This document shows, piece by piece, positions 48,261 through 57,686 of a DNA stretch of 64,000 nt (position 1 is its first letter; the number at the start of each line of letters is the position of its first letter). The DNA comes from an uncultured bacterium. GTDB taxonomy: Bacteria; Planctomycetota; DG-23; CBDVDV01. The notes below the pieces were generated by a model. It was not told where the DNA came from and searched no databases. It saw only the letters and a list, made by a program, of their open reading frames with translations. Location: the NCBI GenBank assembly GCA_965372835.1, contig CBDVDV010000001.1, positions 4,593 through 68,592 of the forward strand. The letters are read 5' to 3'. Both the position numbers and the translations under genes were made by a program.

Positions 48261-48296
48261 GCCCCGGCAAAAGACGGTTTTGCAGCAGGAGCAGCC

Positions 48297-48803
48297 GTGA
48301 GGAACCTCTGGGCGCCGTGGCGGATGGAGTATGTCGGCGACCTCACCGAGGACGGCTGCTTCCTGTGCCGCGCCTGGGAAAGCACGGAGGACGACGTCAA
48401 CCTGGTGGTCTGGCGGGGCCAGCGGACGTTTGTCATCTTCAACCGCTTCCCCTATTCCAACGGCCACCTCATGGTGGCCACGGCCGAACACGGGCGCATG
48501 CTGAGCGACCTCAGCGATGAGGAACTGGTGGAACTGATGCGGGCGACGGCACGCATGCAGCGACTGCTGGAACGGGTGGTGCGCGCGCACGGTTTCAACA
48601 TCGGGCTGAACCTGGGTCGGTCGGCCGGTGCCGGCCTCACTGACCACCTCCACCTCCACATCGTGCCTCGCTGGGAGGGAGATACCAACTTCATGCCCGT
48701 CCTGGCTGACGTGAAGGTCATTCCCCAGGGACTCCAGGAACTGTACCGGGGGCTGAAGTCAGCGCTCGTACGAGCCGCACCTCCGCAGGATGAGGACCGA
48801 TGA
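48297..48803 (+). CDS. HIT-family nucleotide hydrolase/transferase
   Basis: Histidine triad HLHLHIVPR. Confidence 0.8.
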   Translation: MRNLWAPWRMEYVGDLTEDGCFLCRAWESTEDDVNLVVWRGQRTFVIFNRFPYSNGHLMVATAEHGRMLSDLSDEELVELMRATARMQRLLERVVRAHGFNIGLNLGRSAGAGLTDHLHLHIVPRWEGDTNFMPVLADVKVIPQGLQELYRGLKSALVRAAPPQDEDR

Positions 48804-50008
48804 ACGCTCACTCGCGAAGGCCGGGGGCCAGGCCCCAAACCGGGCAAGCAGGCATCCTGCTGAGTCGGCAGGCCCTGGAGGAGCGCGAGCAACGGGACTT
48901 GGCTGCCTACGCCGCCCACAGCGCCAACAGCCGGGGACGCCGATACCCCGAGGCCGAGCACCCCTATCGCACCTGCTACCAGCGCGACCGGGACCGCATC
49001 ATCCACTCCACCGCCTTCCGCCGACTGGAGTACAAGACCCAGGTCTTCGTCAACCACGAGGGCGACTACTACCGCACCCGCCTCACTCACACCCTGGAGG
49101 TCAGCCAGATCGCCCGCACCATGGCCCGGGCCCTGAACCTCAATGAGGACCTCGTCGAGGCCATCGCCCTGGCCCACGACCTGGGTCACACCCCCTTCGG
49201 CCACTCCGGCGAGGACGCCCTGCGGGAACTGATGCGGGAGCACGGCGGCTTCGAACACAACCTGCACGGCCTCCGGGTAGTGGACAAGTTGGAGCACCGT
49301 TACGTCCGGTTCTCCGGTCTGAACCTTACCCGCGAGGTCCGTGAGGGCATGGCCAAACACCGCACTCGCTACGACCATCCACCCCCGAGTGAGTTCGACG
49401 ACCGCCTCCAGACCCCCCTTGAGGCCCAGGTGGTGGAGGCGGCCGACACCATCGCCTACGACAGCCACGACCTGGACGACGCCTTGAAGGCCGGCCTGGT
49501 GCAGGAGGAGGACCTGGCCGGTGTGGCCCTCTGGGAACTGGCGGCGGAGCGGGCCGAGGGCGAGTTCGGCCCCCTGGAGCCGGAGAGTCGGCGGGTGCAG
49601 GTGGTCCGGTTCCTCATCAATCAGGAGGCGACGGCACTGCTGGAGCAGACCTGCGCCAACCTGGAAGCGGCCGGGGTGGCCTCACCCGAGGAGGTGCGTC
49701 AGGCCGCGCGGCCGCTGGTCGAGTTTGACCGAGAGATGAGGGAGCTGCAGGCGGGACTCCAGGAGTTCCTCATGGAGCGGGTATACGGGCACTACCGGGT
49801 GATGCGGATGGCCACGAAGGCCCGTCGATTCATCAAGGAGATTTTCACCGCCTACATCCAGAGCCCGGAGCAGTTGTCGCCGTCGGCGCTGCGGCACCGG
49901 CAAGAGGACGGACTGCACCGCGTGGTCTGTGACTACGTCGCCGGGATGACGGACCGGTACGCTCAGGACGAACACCTGAAACTGTTTGCTCCCTTCGAAC
50001 GGGTGTGA
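48800..50008 (+). CDS. dgt: dGTP triphosphohydrolase-like HD-domain protein
   Basis: QRDRDRIIHSTAFRRLEYKTQVF and HD motif RLTHTLEVSQIAR...LAHDLGHTPFGH. Confidence 0.88.
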   Translation: MNAHSRRPGARPQTGQAGILLSRQALEEREQRDLAAYAAHSANSRGRRYPEAEHPYRTCYQRDRDRIIHSTAFRRLEYKTQVFVNHEGDYYRTRLTHTLEVSQIARTMARALNLNEDLVEAIALAHDLGHTPFGHSGEDALRELMREHGGFEHNLHGLRVVDKLEHRYVRFSGLNLTREVREGMAKHRTRYDHPPPSEFDDRLQTPLEAQVVEAADTIAYDSHDLDDALKAGLVQEEDLAGVALWELAAERAEGEFGPLEPESRRVQVVRFLINQEATALLEQTCANLEAAGVASPEEVRQAARPLVEFDREMRELQAGLQEFLMERVYGHYRVMRMATKARRFIKEIFTAYIQSPEQLSPSALRHRQEDGLHRVVCDYVAGMTDRYAQDEHLKLFAPFERV

Positions 50009-50116
50009 GCGGTAGGATGTGAGTGTCATGGCCGGCCCGCCGGGGGCTGGCGAACGCGTCGGTGAGACGCGAAGTCATTGGGGGACCAGGTTCATTGGCC
50101 AATTAGGGGGAAAGTA

Positions 50117-51196
50117 ATGAGGTACTGGCTTTGGATCTTCAGAGGGCTCTTTGTCCTGGCCGCTCTGGGGGCTGGTTTGGCTATCAGTTCTATCCTTAGC
50201 GACGGCGGGGCCTTCGGCGACAATCCGGAGACGGTTGACTGGTGGGCAACCCTCACGGTGGTCGCTTGTGTGGCGGCGGCGGGGCTGACCGTCCTGCTGG
50301 ACGTTATCTTCTCCCGGCGACCGGTGCAGAACTTCACCGCCGTCTTCTTCGGCCTCCTGGTGGGGGTGGTCATGGCTTCCCTGTTCCGGTTTGTGCTCCA
50401 GGCCACCCCCATGCCGCCGTACTTCGTGGACGCGTGCTACTTGCTGATGCTCACTATCTTCTGCTACCTGGGCGTCGCGGTCATCATGCAGACCAAGGAC
50501 GACTTCCGCTTCATCATCCCCTACGTGGAGTTCAGCCGCGAGACCCGCGGCCGCCGACCCATCGTCCTGGACACCAGCGTCATCATCGACGGACGGGTGG
50601 CCGACGTGTCCGAGACCCGTTTCCTGGACGCCCCCCTGGTCATCCCCCGCTTTGTCCTGGGGGAACTCCAGAACATCGCCGACTCCGATGACAAACTCCG
50701 TCGAAAACGAGGCCGCCGCGGCCTGGACATGCTCAACCGTCTGCGCCGAAACAAAAGGCTCGAGGTCATCATCCACGACACCACCCTGGAGCAAGGTGAA
50801 ATGGTGGACGGCAAACTCATCAACCTGGCCAAGTCGCTGGACGCCCGGGTGATGACCAACGACTTCAACCTCAACAAGGTCGCCCAACTCCAGAACGTGG
50901 ACGTCATCAACATCAACGACCTGGCCAACGCCCTGAAGACCGTGGTCATGGCCGGTGAGCAGATTTCCGTCGGTATCACCAAGCCGGGCGAGGAGCCGGG
51001 GCAGGGCGTGGGTTACCTGGACGACGGCACCATGGTGGTGGTGGAGCAGGGCCGCGACCGCATCGGCCAGGAGGTCACCATCACCGTGAGCAGCGTGCTC
51101 CAGACCTCCGCCGGCCGAATGATCTTCGGCCGGCCCGTCGAGGGTCAGCCCGCGGCCGCCGCTTCGGACGCCCCTGCCGGGGGAACAGACGGGTGA
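50117..51196 (+). CDS. yacL: PIN/TRAM-domain protein YacL-like with N-terminal TM helices
   Basis: PIN core IVLDTSVIIDGR...VIPRFVLGELQNIADS...VMTNDFNLNKVA and C-terminal TRAM (GQEVTITVSSVLQTSAGRMIFGR). Conserved yacL-ispD order. Confidence 0.8.
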   Translation: MRYWLWIFRGLFVLAALGAGLAISSILSDGGAFGDNPETVDWWATLTVVACVAAAGLTVLLDVIFSRRPVQNFTAVFFGLLVGVVMASLFRFVLQATPMPPYFVDACYLLMLTIFCYLGVAVIMQTKDDFRFIIPYVEFSRETRGRRPIVLDTSVIIDGRVADVSETRFLDAPLVIPRFVLGELQNIADSDDKLRRKRGRRGLDMLNRLRRNKRLEVIIHDTTLEQGEMVDGKLINLAKSLDARVMTNDFNLNKVAQLQNVDVININDLANALKTVVMAGEQISVGITKPGEEPGQGVGYLDDGTMVVVEQGRDRIGQEVTITVSSVLQTSAGRMIFGRPVEGQPAAAASDAPAGGTDG

Positions 51197-51939
51197 GGGG
51201 CGACGTAGCCGCGGTGGTGGTCGCTGGTGGTCGGGGACGCCGACTGGGGCGGCCCGAACCCAAAGCCTTCGTTCCCCTGGCCGGACGCCCGATGCTGGCC
51301 TATTCCCTGGAGGCCCTCCGTGGCGTCGATGGGGTAGGGGAGTTGGTGGTGGTCCTGCCCGAGGGCCAGGAGCGCGCCCTCGTCGAAACCTGGGCTGAAC
51401 TCGAAAGCCGGTACCAAGTCAGCGCCAGCGTCGCCGGCGGCGAGCACCGTTGGCAGTCGGTTGCCGCGGGGCTGGAGGCCCTGACGGGAGATAGTGAATT
51501 CGTGCTTATCCACGACGCCGCCCGTCCCCTGGTGACACCCGAACTGATAGAGGCTGTGGTCCGCCGGGCCGCTGACGTGGGAGCGGCCATCGCCGCCCAG
51601 CCCCTGACCGACACACTGAAGGAAACCGACGAGCACCTCCTCATTCAGCGAACCCTGGACCGTTCCCGGTACTGGCGGGCCGAGACCCCGCAGGTCTTCC
51701 GTCGCGCACTTATCCTAAAGGCCTATCAGCGAGCCGGTGACCTCCAGTCCTGCGGATCCGCCCATACGGGCGTCCCCGCCGGTCGGCGGGTCGGGCCTAC
51801 CGACGACGCCCAACTGGTGGAGGCCCTCGGGGCTCCCGTGGCCGTGGTCCCCAGCCCGAGTCCCAACCCGAAGATCACCACCCCAGAGGACCTCCTGCTG
51901 GCCGAGCAACTGCTCAGCAGGCGCTCGTTGGGAACCTGA
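51193..51939 (+). CDS. ispD: 2-C-methyl-D-erythritol 4-phosphate cytidylyltransferase
   Basis: AVVVAGGRGRRLG...PKAF N-terminus and IHDAARP motif. Confidence 0.9.
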   Translation: MRGDVAAVVVAGGRGRRLGRPEPKAFVPLAGRPMLAYSLEALRGVDGVGELVVVLPEGQERALVETWAELESRYQVSASVAGGEHRWQSVAAGLEALTGDSEFVLIHDAARPLVTPELIEAVVRRAADVGAAIAAQPLTDTLKETDEHLLIQRTLDRSRYWRAETPQVFRRALILKAYQRAGDLQSCGSAHTGVPAGRRVGPTDDAQLVEALGAPVAVVPSPSPNPKITTPEDLLLAEQLLSRRSLGT

Positions 51940-52031
51940 AAGAGAATCCCCTCCTTCGGTGCGGCCTTGCCTGCAGGCCTGTGGCACCGTATACTGAAGA
52001 GCGGGAGCAGTGGTAGCGGAGGCGGCCCCTC

Positions 52032-52457
52032 ATGTGGTACTACATCATCATCGGCATCCTGGCGGCGGCGGTAGTGGTGTCGTTCGTCCGTTGGTTCTTC
52101 ATCCGGCCTCGGAGGATGAAACTTCCCGAGGGGTCCATCGAGGAACTCACTCGCTTCGCCGCGGAGTTTCGCCGGGCCGCTGACTACATGAGCGAACTCT
52201 CCAAGACCCTCGAACTGCGCAGCCTCCTCGAGTGGCAGCGGAAGAACGAGGAAATCCTCAAGACCCTCCGCCGGATGAATAAACTCCTCGTGGAACTCAA
52301 CGAGTTCTTCGAGATCGAAGCCACCCAACTCACCCCCGACGACACCGACGAGCAGGCCCCCGTCCCTTCGGGCGCAGCCTCGACCGCACACCGTAGCAGC
52401 CGGGAAACAGAGCGCCGCGGCGCTGACAGCTCTGCAACCGACTCCAATTCGACATAG
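52032..52457 (+). CDS. Hypothetical single-TM protein with cytoplasmic coiled coil
   Basis: MWYYIIIGILAAAVVVSFV TM, then a Glu/Leu/Arg-rich helix. First of a run of small membrane protein genes. Confidence 0.5.
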   Translation: MWYYIIIGILAAAVVVSFVRWFFIRPRRMKLPEGSIEELTRFAAEFRRAADYMSELSKTLELRSLLEWQRKNEEILKTLRRMNKLLVELNEFFEIEATQLTPDDTDEQAPVPSGAASTAHRSSRETERRGADSSATDSNST

Positions 52458-52512
52458 TCAACTTCACTTCGCTGACGATTCAGAGCCTTAGCCGCCCGGA
52501 AAGGGAAGGGCG

Positions 52513-53037
52513 ATGAGTGGCGGGCGAAGGAAAGACACGTTCCCGGCCGACGAGAGCCCCGAGCAGCGACATGAGATACTGATACTGGCCAGTGCGCTGT
52601 GCTTCGCCATTGGTGCCTTGTGCTTTCTGTTCCGGGTCTACATCACCTCAGACTACGCCGCGGCTCGTCGGTGGCCCTACCAGCAGCACCTCCTGGTGGT
52701 AATGTTGGTGGCGGGCGCTCTGGCCATCGTCTTGCGCGTCTGGGCCGGTGGCTGGTCGTGGCGGGAGTCGGTTTTGCGGGAACTCTTGAAGCACCCTCTC
52801 GTCATCGCCGGCCTCATCGGAGGAGCGGTCGCCTTGCTGAGCCTTGTTGCGACAGTGCTGAAGATCGAGCTAGCGTGGTACCGGTATGTGTACGGCTCTG
52901 TGCCCGTCGCCACAATTCTCTTCGACTTGCTTATTCCTCTGGGCCTGCTGCTGACGGTCGTCGCAATCATCCTGCTGGCAAAGCACATCCGTCGAAAGCG
53001 CCAGCAGAAGGGAAACGAACCTTCTCATCAATCCTAA
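52513..53037 (+). CDS. Hypothetical 4-TM membrane protein (tandem duplication of a 2-TM unit)
   Basis: Two hydrophobic hairpins. RBS AAGGGAAGGG before ATG 52513. Confidence 0.5.
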   Translation: MSGGRRKDTFPADESPEQRHEILILASALCFAIGALCFLFRVYITSDYAAARRWPYQQHLLVVMLVAGALAIVLRVWAGGWSWRESVLRELLKHPLVIAGLIGGAVALLSLVATVLKIELAWYRYVYGSVPVATILFDLLIPLGLLLTVVAIILLAKHIRRKRQQKGNEPSHQS

Positions 53038-53060
53038 CACGATGGGGGAGGGGGGTGCCG

Positions 53061-53366
53061 ATGGGCCCAACCGAGCCCGAGTTTGAGCGGCGGCGCTTCC
53101 GCATGGAGTTCAGTGCCTGGTTGTGCTTTGTCCTTGGGACAGGTCTCTTCTGGCACTGGCTGGAGCGCGAGTTAGACTTGGAACGGACCGAAGACGTCGC
53201 CATCGGGCTGCTTGTGGTGGCGGCAGTGCTCGCTGGCCTCGCCGTGGTCCTGATGGTCCTGGCCCTCCGGCCTTATCAGAGAATCGGGGAACCACCAGCC
53301 TCTGCGCCTCCTGACGACGACAGCATGCAGGAGTTCGAAGACAATCTCCTCGCAGACACCGAGTAG
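53061..53366 (+). CDS. Small 2-TM membrane protein (paralog of 53383-53735)
   Basis: Preceded by GGGGAGGGGGGTGCCG, identical to the leader of the next gene. Topology and loop motif W-LE-ELD-LER-TEDV are shared with the next gene. Confidence 0.5.
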   Translation: MGPTEPEFERRRFRMEFSAWLCFVLGTGLFWHWLERELDLERTEDVAIGLLVVAAVLAGLAVVLMVLALRPYQRIGEPPASAPPDDDSMQEFEDNLLADTE

Positions 53367-53382
53367 GGGAGGGGGGTGCCGA

Positions 53383-53735
53383 TGAAGTCTGGTATTTCGA
53401 GTGTGTCGGCACTCTTGCGCAAATCGGCATACGTCTTTCTGCTGGTTGGCTTTGCCTGCTTCATTCTCTATGTCGCTGCGGTGCAGTGGAACTTGGATGA
53501 GCTGCCCCGACCCATCGAGAAGGTGGCCTTGACGCTCGCCATAGTCGCCTTCGTTCTGGGTTTGGTCTGCATTGCAGGGGCGGGGCCGGAGGCATTCGGC
53601 GCCCGATATTCGCCGGAACGCCGACGGCAGTACAACCGCAGCGCCTTGGTTTCCTTGTCGGTTACGGCGCTGGTCGGCGGCGTGGCGGTCGTGCTGCTTC
53701 GCTCCTTGGCAGAGGCCCATAGCGCCAACAACTAA
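53383..53735 (+). CDS. Small 2-TM membrane protein (paralog of 53061-53366)
   Basis: Identical 19-nt leader/RBS block. Loop motif VQWNLDELPRPIEKV. Confidence 0.5.
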
Positions 53736-53760
53736 ACAGGTCGCCCGAGAAGCAGGCACT

Positions 53761-53778
53761 TGTGAAATCTTTCACAAA
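53761..53778. promoter_or_regulatory. CRP/FNR-family binding site candidate TTGTGAAATCTTTCACAA (TGTGA-N6-TCACA)
   Basis: Perfect 8+8 inverted repeat matching the CRP half-site consensus, AT-rich in a GC-rich genome, about 120 nt upstream of ORF 53898. Confidence 0.45.
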
Positions 53779-53897
53779 CTTGCCTGCACACACTTCACCC
53801 CGTAGGCTCCACACCATCTGACTCCAGGTGATCGCCGAAGACACCCTCGCCACGAAGAGGGAGGCCCCGGCAGCGACACGTTCCCGTAGGACTTGCT

Positions 53898-55094
53898 ATG
53901 CCCACGCCGAAAAGCCAGCCGCAAAAGAAATCCAGAGGCCGGAATACCCTCGCTGCAGTCCTCCTGGTGACCTTGGCGGGGAACATTGCGCTGCTTGCGG
54001 CGTGGGGGTGGACGCACCCGGACGAGGGGGTCGACGCCTTTCTCGGAGTGGATGGCAACAAGTACCGTGTCGTTGCTCGGAACCCGTTGGGCCGGTCGAT
54101 GGACTTCTGGGACTCACCTTATCGCTATCAGCGGGTGCTGGTGCCTACGGCATGGTGGCTGCTCAGCGCAGGGCAGAGCGCGGTTATTCCGTACGTCTCG
54201 GTGATCTTGAACGTGCTGGCCGTGTGCGCAGGTACGGTCCTGGTGGGAGTGGTTTGTCTGCGGGGAGGAGTCCCCGCATGGTGGGCCCTTGTTTACGGCT
54301 TCGCTCCCGGCTTTCAGCGGGCGGTGACCGCGGGACACCTGGAACCGGTGGCCAACCTCCTCATCCTTCTGGCCCTGGTGGCGTGGCTTCAGCGGCGAAG
54401 GCGCACGCTCCTGGTGCTTCTGGCTCTGCTGCCTCTGGTCAAGGAGGTGTATCTGTTCTTCACCTTCGCTTTCTTCGTGAGTGAAGTTGCAGCCAAGAGG
54501 CGGCCGACCGGGCGGTGGCTCCTCCTTCTGGTGCCCTTTGTGGTCTGGCAGGTTTACATCCGATGTCGGTTCGGGGCTTTCGGGGCCATGTACCATCTCT
54601 TTGACGTAAGGCCAAGTTGGCGGATGGTGGTCGAGGCCGTCAAGTGGAACCTGGTGGTCCAGCGTCCCGGAGCGCGGCTGGTGGTGCTGGCGCAAGTGTG
54701 GTCGGTGGGGCTTGTGGCGGCGGTGATTGCGGTTGTGGTACGCCGACTGACTGCCGCCTACCGGAAGCGGAGCATTCGATTCGGCTTCCCAGAGGTTTCG
54801 CTGTTTGTGTATACGCTCCTACTCATGGCACTCATGCACAAGGTCGCCTACCAGTTGGAGGCGTTCTTCAGGATCGCATCGACGGCGCTGCCCATGGTCT
54901 TCGTGGCCGGGCTCTGTCCCTACCCGAAAGGGACGTGGCAAGACCGGCCGCCGACGGAGCAACGTGACAGGACGCTGGTCGGGTTGGTGCTCATGTTCTC
55001 GGCGCTCCTGAGCGTGCTGGGGATTCCGATTCTGTTTCTCTACCTGGGGTCACTGCCGCCTTTGCTGTTTCAGGGGACCCCGCTGCATCCCTGA
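53898..55094 (+). CDS. Hypothetical polytopic membrane protein (398 aa), possibly a GT-C-like glycosyltransferase/polymerase
   Basis: About 10 predicted TM helices with Arg-rich loops. No specific family recognisable. Confidence 0.55.
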   Translation: MPTPKSQPQKKSRGRNTLAAVLLVTLAGNIALLAAWGWTHPDEGVDAFLGVDGNKYRVVARNPLGRSMDFWDSPYRYQRVLVPTAWWLLSAGQSAVIPYVSVILNVLAVCAGTVLVGVVCLRGGVPAWWALVYGFAPGFQRAVTAGHLEPVANLLILLALVAWLQRRRRTLLVLLALLPLVKEVYLFFTFAFFVSEVAAKRRPTGRWLLLLVPFVVWQVYIRCRFGAFGAMYHLFDVRPSWRMVVEAVKWNLVVQRPGARLVVLAQVWSVGLVAAVIAVVVRRLTAAYRKRSIRFGFPEVSLFVYTLLLMALMHKVAYQLEAFFRIASTALPMVFVAGLCPYPKGTWQDRPPTEQRDRTLVGLVLMFSALLSVLGIPILFLYLGSLPPLLFQGTPLHP

Positions 55095-55177
55095 GGATTC
55101 CAAGCGGCCTTGTGGCCCTTCGGCTCAGGTGTGCGCAATGCAACATAAGATATGTTATCGGACATCCAACCTATCAA

Positions 55178-56308
55178 TCACATCCGTCCTGCGGGGGGCC
55201 GGCCTGCCGAGCGAGACGCGGAAGCGACGCTCGCGACCCGTGCACCGGAGGCGGCCGCTGGTTGAGGAGCGGCCAAGGCCTGCTGAGTGAGTTTGAGGGC
55301 CCCGGAGACGATGCGCAGTCGGACCCCGTAGTTGGTGTGGTAGCCCTTCTGGCGCGTCGTGTACTGTCGATACACGACCACTTCCACATCGTCCTCGATA
55401 CTGTACTCCACGACTTCCTGGCCCACCCGGCTGACACTGCCCAGGCGCTGGCGTAGGCCGAAGCCCTGCCGCGCTAACAGCACACAGTAGAGGTAGGGAT
55501 ACGCCCGGCCCACGCGGTTGATGGACAGTTGGATCTGGAGGCCAAGGAACTCCTCCGGGGCCTCGTCGAAACGCACCTGGAGCCGCGCGTCCCGGGGCAG
55601 CTGGCGCTCCTGCTCGGGCTTGGCGAGTCCCCTCTTCTTCTTGGATGAGGCCTGGCGGGTGACGCTGACCTCCATCTGGGGGATGAGGGTAAGGCCCGAT
55701 GGAGAAAGTCCGCGGATGCACTGCTCGGCTTCCTGGAGGCACTTGACCTTGATCACCAGTTCCTCGGGTTTCCAGGTTGTCCGCAAGCCGCTCAGCCAGA
55801 TGGGCACGGACAGAGCCGCTGCATCCAGCAGCCACATCTTCTGAGCCGTGTTGGCTCTCCCCTCGGCAAAGTCAGCAAACACCCAGAGGGGCCCGAGCGG
55901 CCCAAACCGGCCCATGTCCCCCAGCCACGCAGCGACCAACAGGACCACGTAGACCGCTGCCAGGAGACTGAGAAGTCCCGGCCAGGAAGCCAGGTTGAAG
56001 GGGCTGCGGGCCCATCGGCGGGACCGCTCGGCCGTATCCAGCACTCCTTGAAACTCGTCCAGCGTAACCTGCTCCCACCTGCGCTTGCCCCGCAAACGAG
56101 GCTTGTTCCGAATCCCCCGGCTGGCTCCCAAGAGCGCCCCGGCCAGCACCAGCACCCAGCCCACCCACACCGAGATCAGCACCTGGAGCATCAAACCGAG
56201 GACCAGACAGGCGGTGATGACGGCCAGCCTCACCCGGTAGTCGAGGCCGCCGATGAGAAAGCGCACCTCGTACTTGTCTTCACGTTCTGGTTGGTAGAAC
56301 CTGACCAT
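55178..56308 (-). CDS. Hypothetical membrane protein, third gene of the Cys-repeat / radical SAM operon
   Basis: N-terminal TM helices (LAVITACLVLGLMLQVLISVWVGWVLVLAGALLG). Start overlaps the radical SAM stop by 29 nt. Large C-terminal soluble part. Confidence 0.65.
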   Translation of the reverse strand: MVRFYQPEREDKYEVRFLIGGLDYRVRLAVITACLVLGLMLQVLISVWVGWVLVLAGALLGASRGIRNKPRLRGKRRWEQVTLDEFQGVLDTAERSRRWARSPFNLASWPGLLSLLAAVYVVLLVAAWLGDMGRFGPLGPLWVFADFAEGRANTAQKMWLLDAAALSVPIWLSGLRTTWKPEELVIKVKCLQEAEQCIRGLSPSGLTLIPQMEVSVTRQASSKKKRGLAKPEQERQLPRDARLQVRFDEAPEEFLGLQIQLSINRVGRAYPYLYCVLLARQGFGLRQRLGSVSRVGQEVVEYSIEDDVEVVVYRQYTTRQKGYHTNYGVRLRIVSGALKLTQQALAAPQPAAASGARVASVASASRSAGRPPAGRM

Positions 56309-57686
56309 GCGCCTTCACTTCGAGCAGTTCACCGTACCCCACGATCTTCCAGTAGATGGGACAGGCGCCATCGCACATCTCGAATAACTCGCACGATTGG
56401 CAGACTTCGTGAGCGTACCGTTTCTCCTGGTAAAACCGGGCCCGCTCACCTCCCCAGACCTCTTCGAAGGGCTGCGTGAGCAGGTTCCCCACCGGCTGGG
56501 TCAGGCTGGAGCAGGGAAGGACGTCGCCGTTGGGGGCCACCGAGAGGAGGCCGTCGCACGCTGCGCACCCCTTGTTCCCCAGGCCTTCGGCCACGGGGTT
56601 GAAGATGCAGTAGGGCGTCGGCGAGTACCAGAGGAACTGCACCCCAACCCTTCGTGCCGCGCGCTTCACTTCCCGGACCACCTCCCCTATCTCGCTGTAA
56701 CTGACCCAGAGTTCCTCGGCTCCCGGCCCTGCTGAGCCACAGGGGATGACCATGTTCATCGAGAAGCGGTCCAGCCCCAACCCCTTCATCAGCGCGGGCA
56801 GTTCCACCAACTCGTCCAGGTTAGCCCTTGTGGCAGTCGTGTTGGTGTGGACGGCGACGCCGGCCCGGCGAAGGTGCTTGACCCCCCTAAGGCTGGCCTC
56901 GAAGGAACCCGGCACCTGAGTAAGACCGTCGTGCGTCGCCGCGGTCACCCCTTCCAGGCTGACCTGGGCACTGTCCAGGCCTGCCCCGCGCAGGCCCTGA
57001 GCCGCCTGAGCGTCGATTAGGGTCCCGTTGGTGATGAGGTTGACTCGCAGCCCCGCCGCCTTGGCGTGGCCGACCAGTTCGACGATGTCGTCGCGCAGCA
57101 TGGGCTCCCCGCCGGTGAAACTGGTGGAGGGTACCTGGGCTTGGTGACGGATGATGTCGAAGATGCGTTTCACCTGGGCCGTGGACATCTCCTCGGTCTC
57201 ATCGTCCTGATGACAACTGCAGGAGGCGTAGCAGAAGAGGCAGGAGAGGTTGCAGCGATAGGTCACAGCCACCTCGCTCAGGACGGGAAGCAGGTTGTAG
57301 GGTCGGCGGAAGGGCACCGTCTCCACGGCCCGCCTCCCCTCCCCTTCTCCCAGACAGCCCACCAGGAGCGCCCGCAGGTCGCAGAAGAAGTGGTGGACGT
57401 CGGCGCACCTGGCCGGGTCGTCGGCGTGAGGCCCGAGGACGTCGAAGACGCTTTCGCCGTCGAGCATCCGCCCCAGGAGTTCGAGGCCGGTACGGTTCAG
57501 TTTGTAGGCCTGGTTGGGAAGGAGAATGAGCAGTTCGTCGGCCTGGCGCACGGCGACGTAAGAGCGGATCTGCCTCACGAACTCATCCGTCCAGCCGATG
57601 TCCACGTGCTCGGCGGCGGGGCTGGGCGTGGAGACCGACGACAGCGGACACCCGTCCCTCACCCCTGATTCCGGTCGCCCGCCCAT
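56280..57686 (-). CDS. Radical SAM enzyme with N-terminal PqqD-like RRE and C-terminal SPASM domain (peptide/protein-modifying maturase)
   Basis: CNLSCLFCY (Cx3Cx2C), GGEP glycine-rich SAM motif, and a SPASM Cys cluster (CGSAG...CIFNP...GCAACDG...LPC...CQSCELFEMCDGAC). N-terminal LLILLPNQAYKLNRTGLELLGRMLDGESV is PqqD/RRE-like. ATG at 57686 overlaps the upstream stop as TGATG; the track's longer ORF to 57770 overlaps the repeat region. Confidence 0.85.
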   Translation of the reverse strand: MGGRPESGVRDGCPLSSVSTPSPAAEHVDIGWTDEFVRQIRSYVAVRQADELLILLPNQAYKLNRTGLELLGRMLDGESVFDVLGPHADDPARCADVHHFFCDLRALLVGCLGEGEGRRAVETVPFRRPYNLLPVLSEVAVTYRCNLSCLFCYASCSCHQDDETEEMSTAQVKRIFDIIRHQAQVPSTSFTGGEPMLRDDIVELVGHAKAAGLRVNLITNGTLIDAQAAQGLRGAGLDSAQVSLEGVTAATHDGLTQVPGSFEASLRGVKHLRRAGVAVHTNTTATRANLDELVELPALMKGLGLDRFSMNMVIPCGSAGPGAEELWVSYSEIGEVVREVKRAARRVGVQFLWYSPTPYCIFNPVAEGLGNKGCAACDGLLSVAPNGDVLPCSSLTQPVGNLLTQPFEEVWGGERARFYQEKRYAHEVCQSCELFEMCDGACPIYWKIVGYGELLEVKAHGQVLPTRT

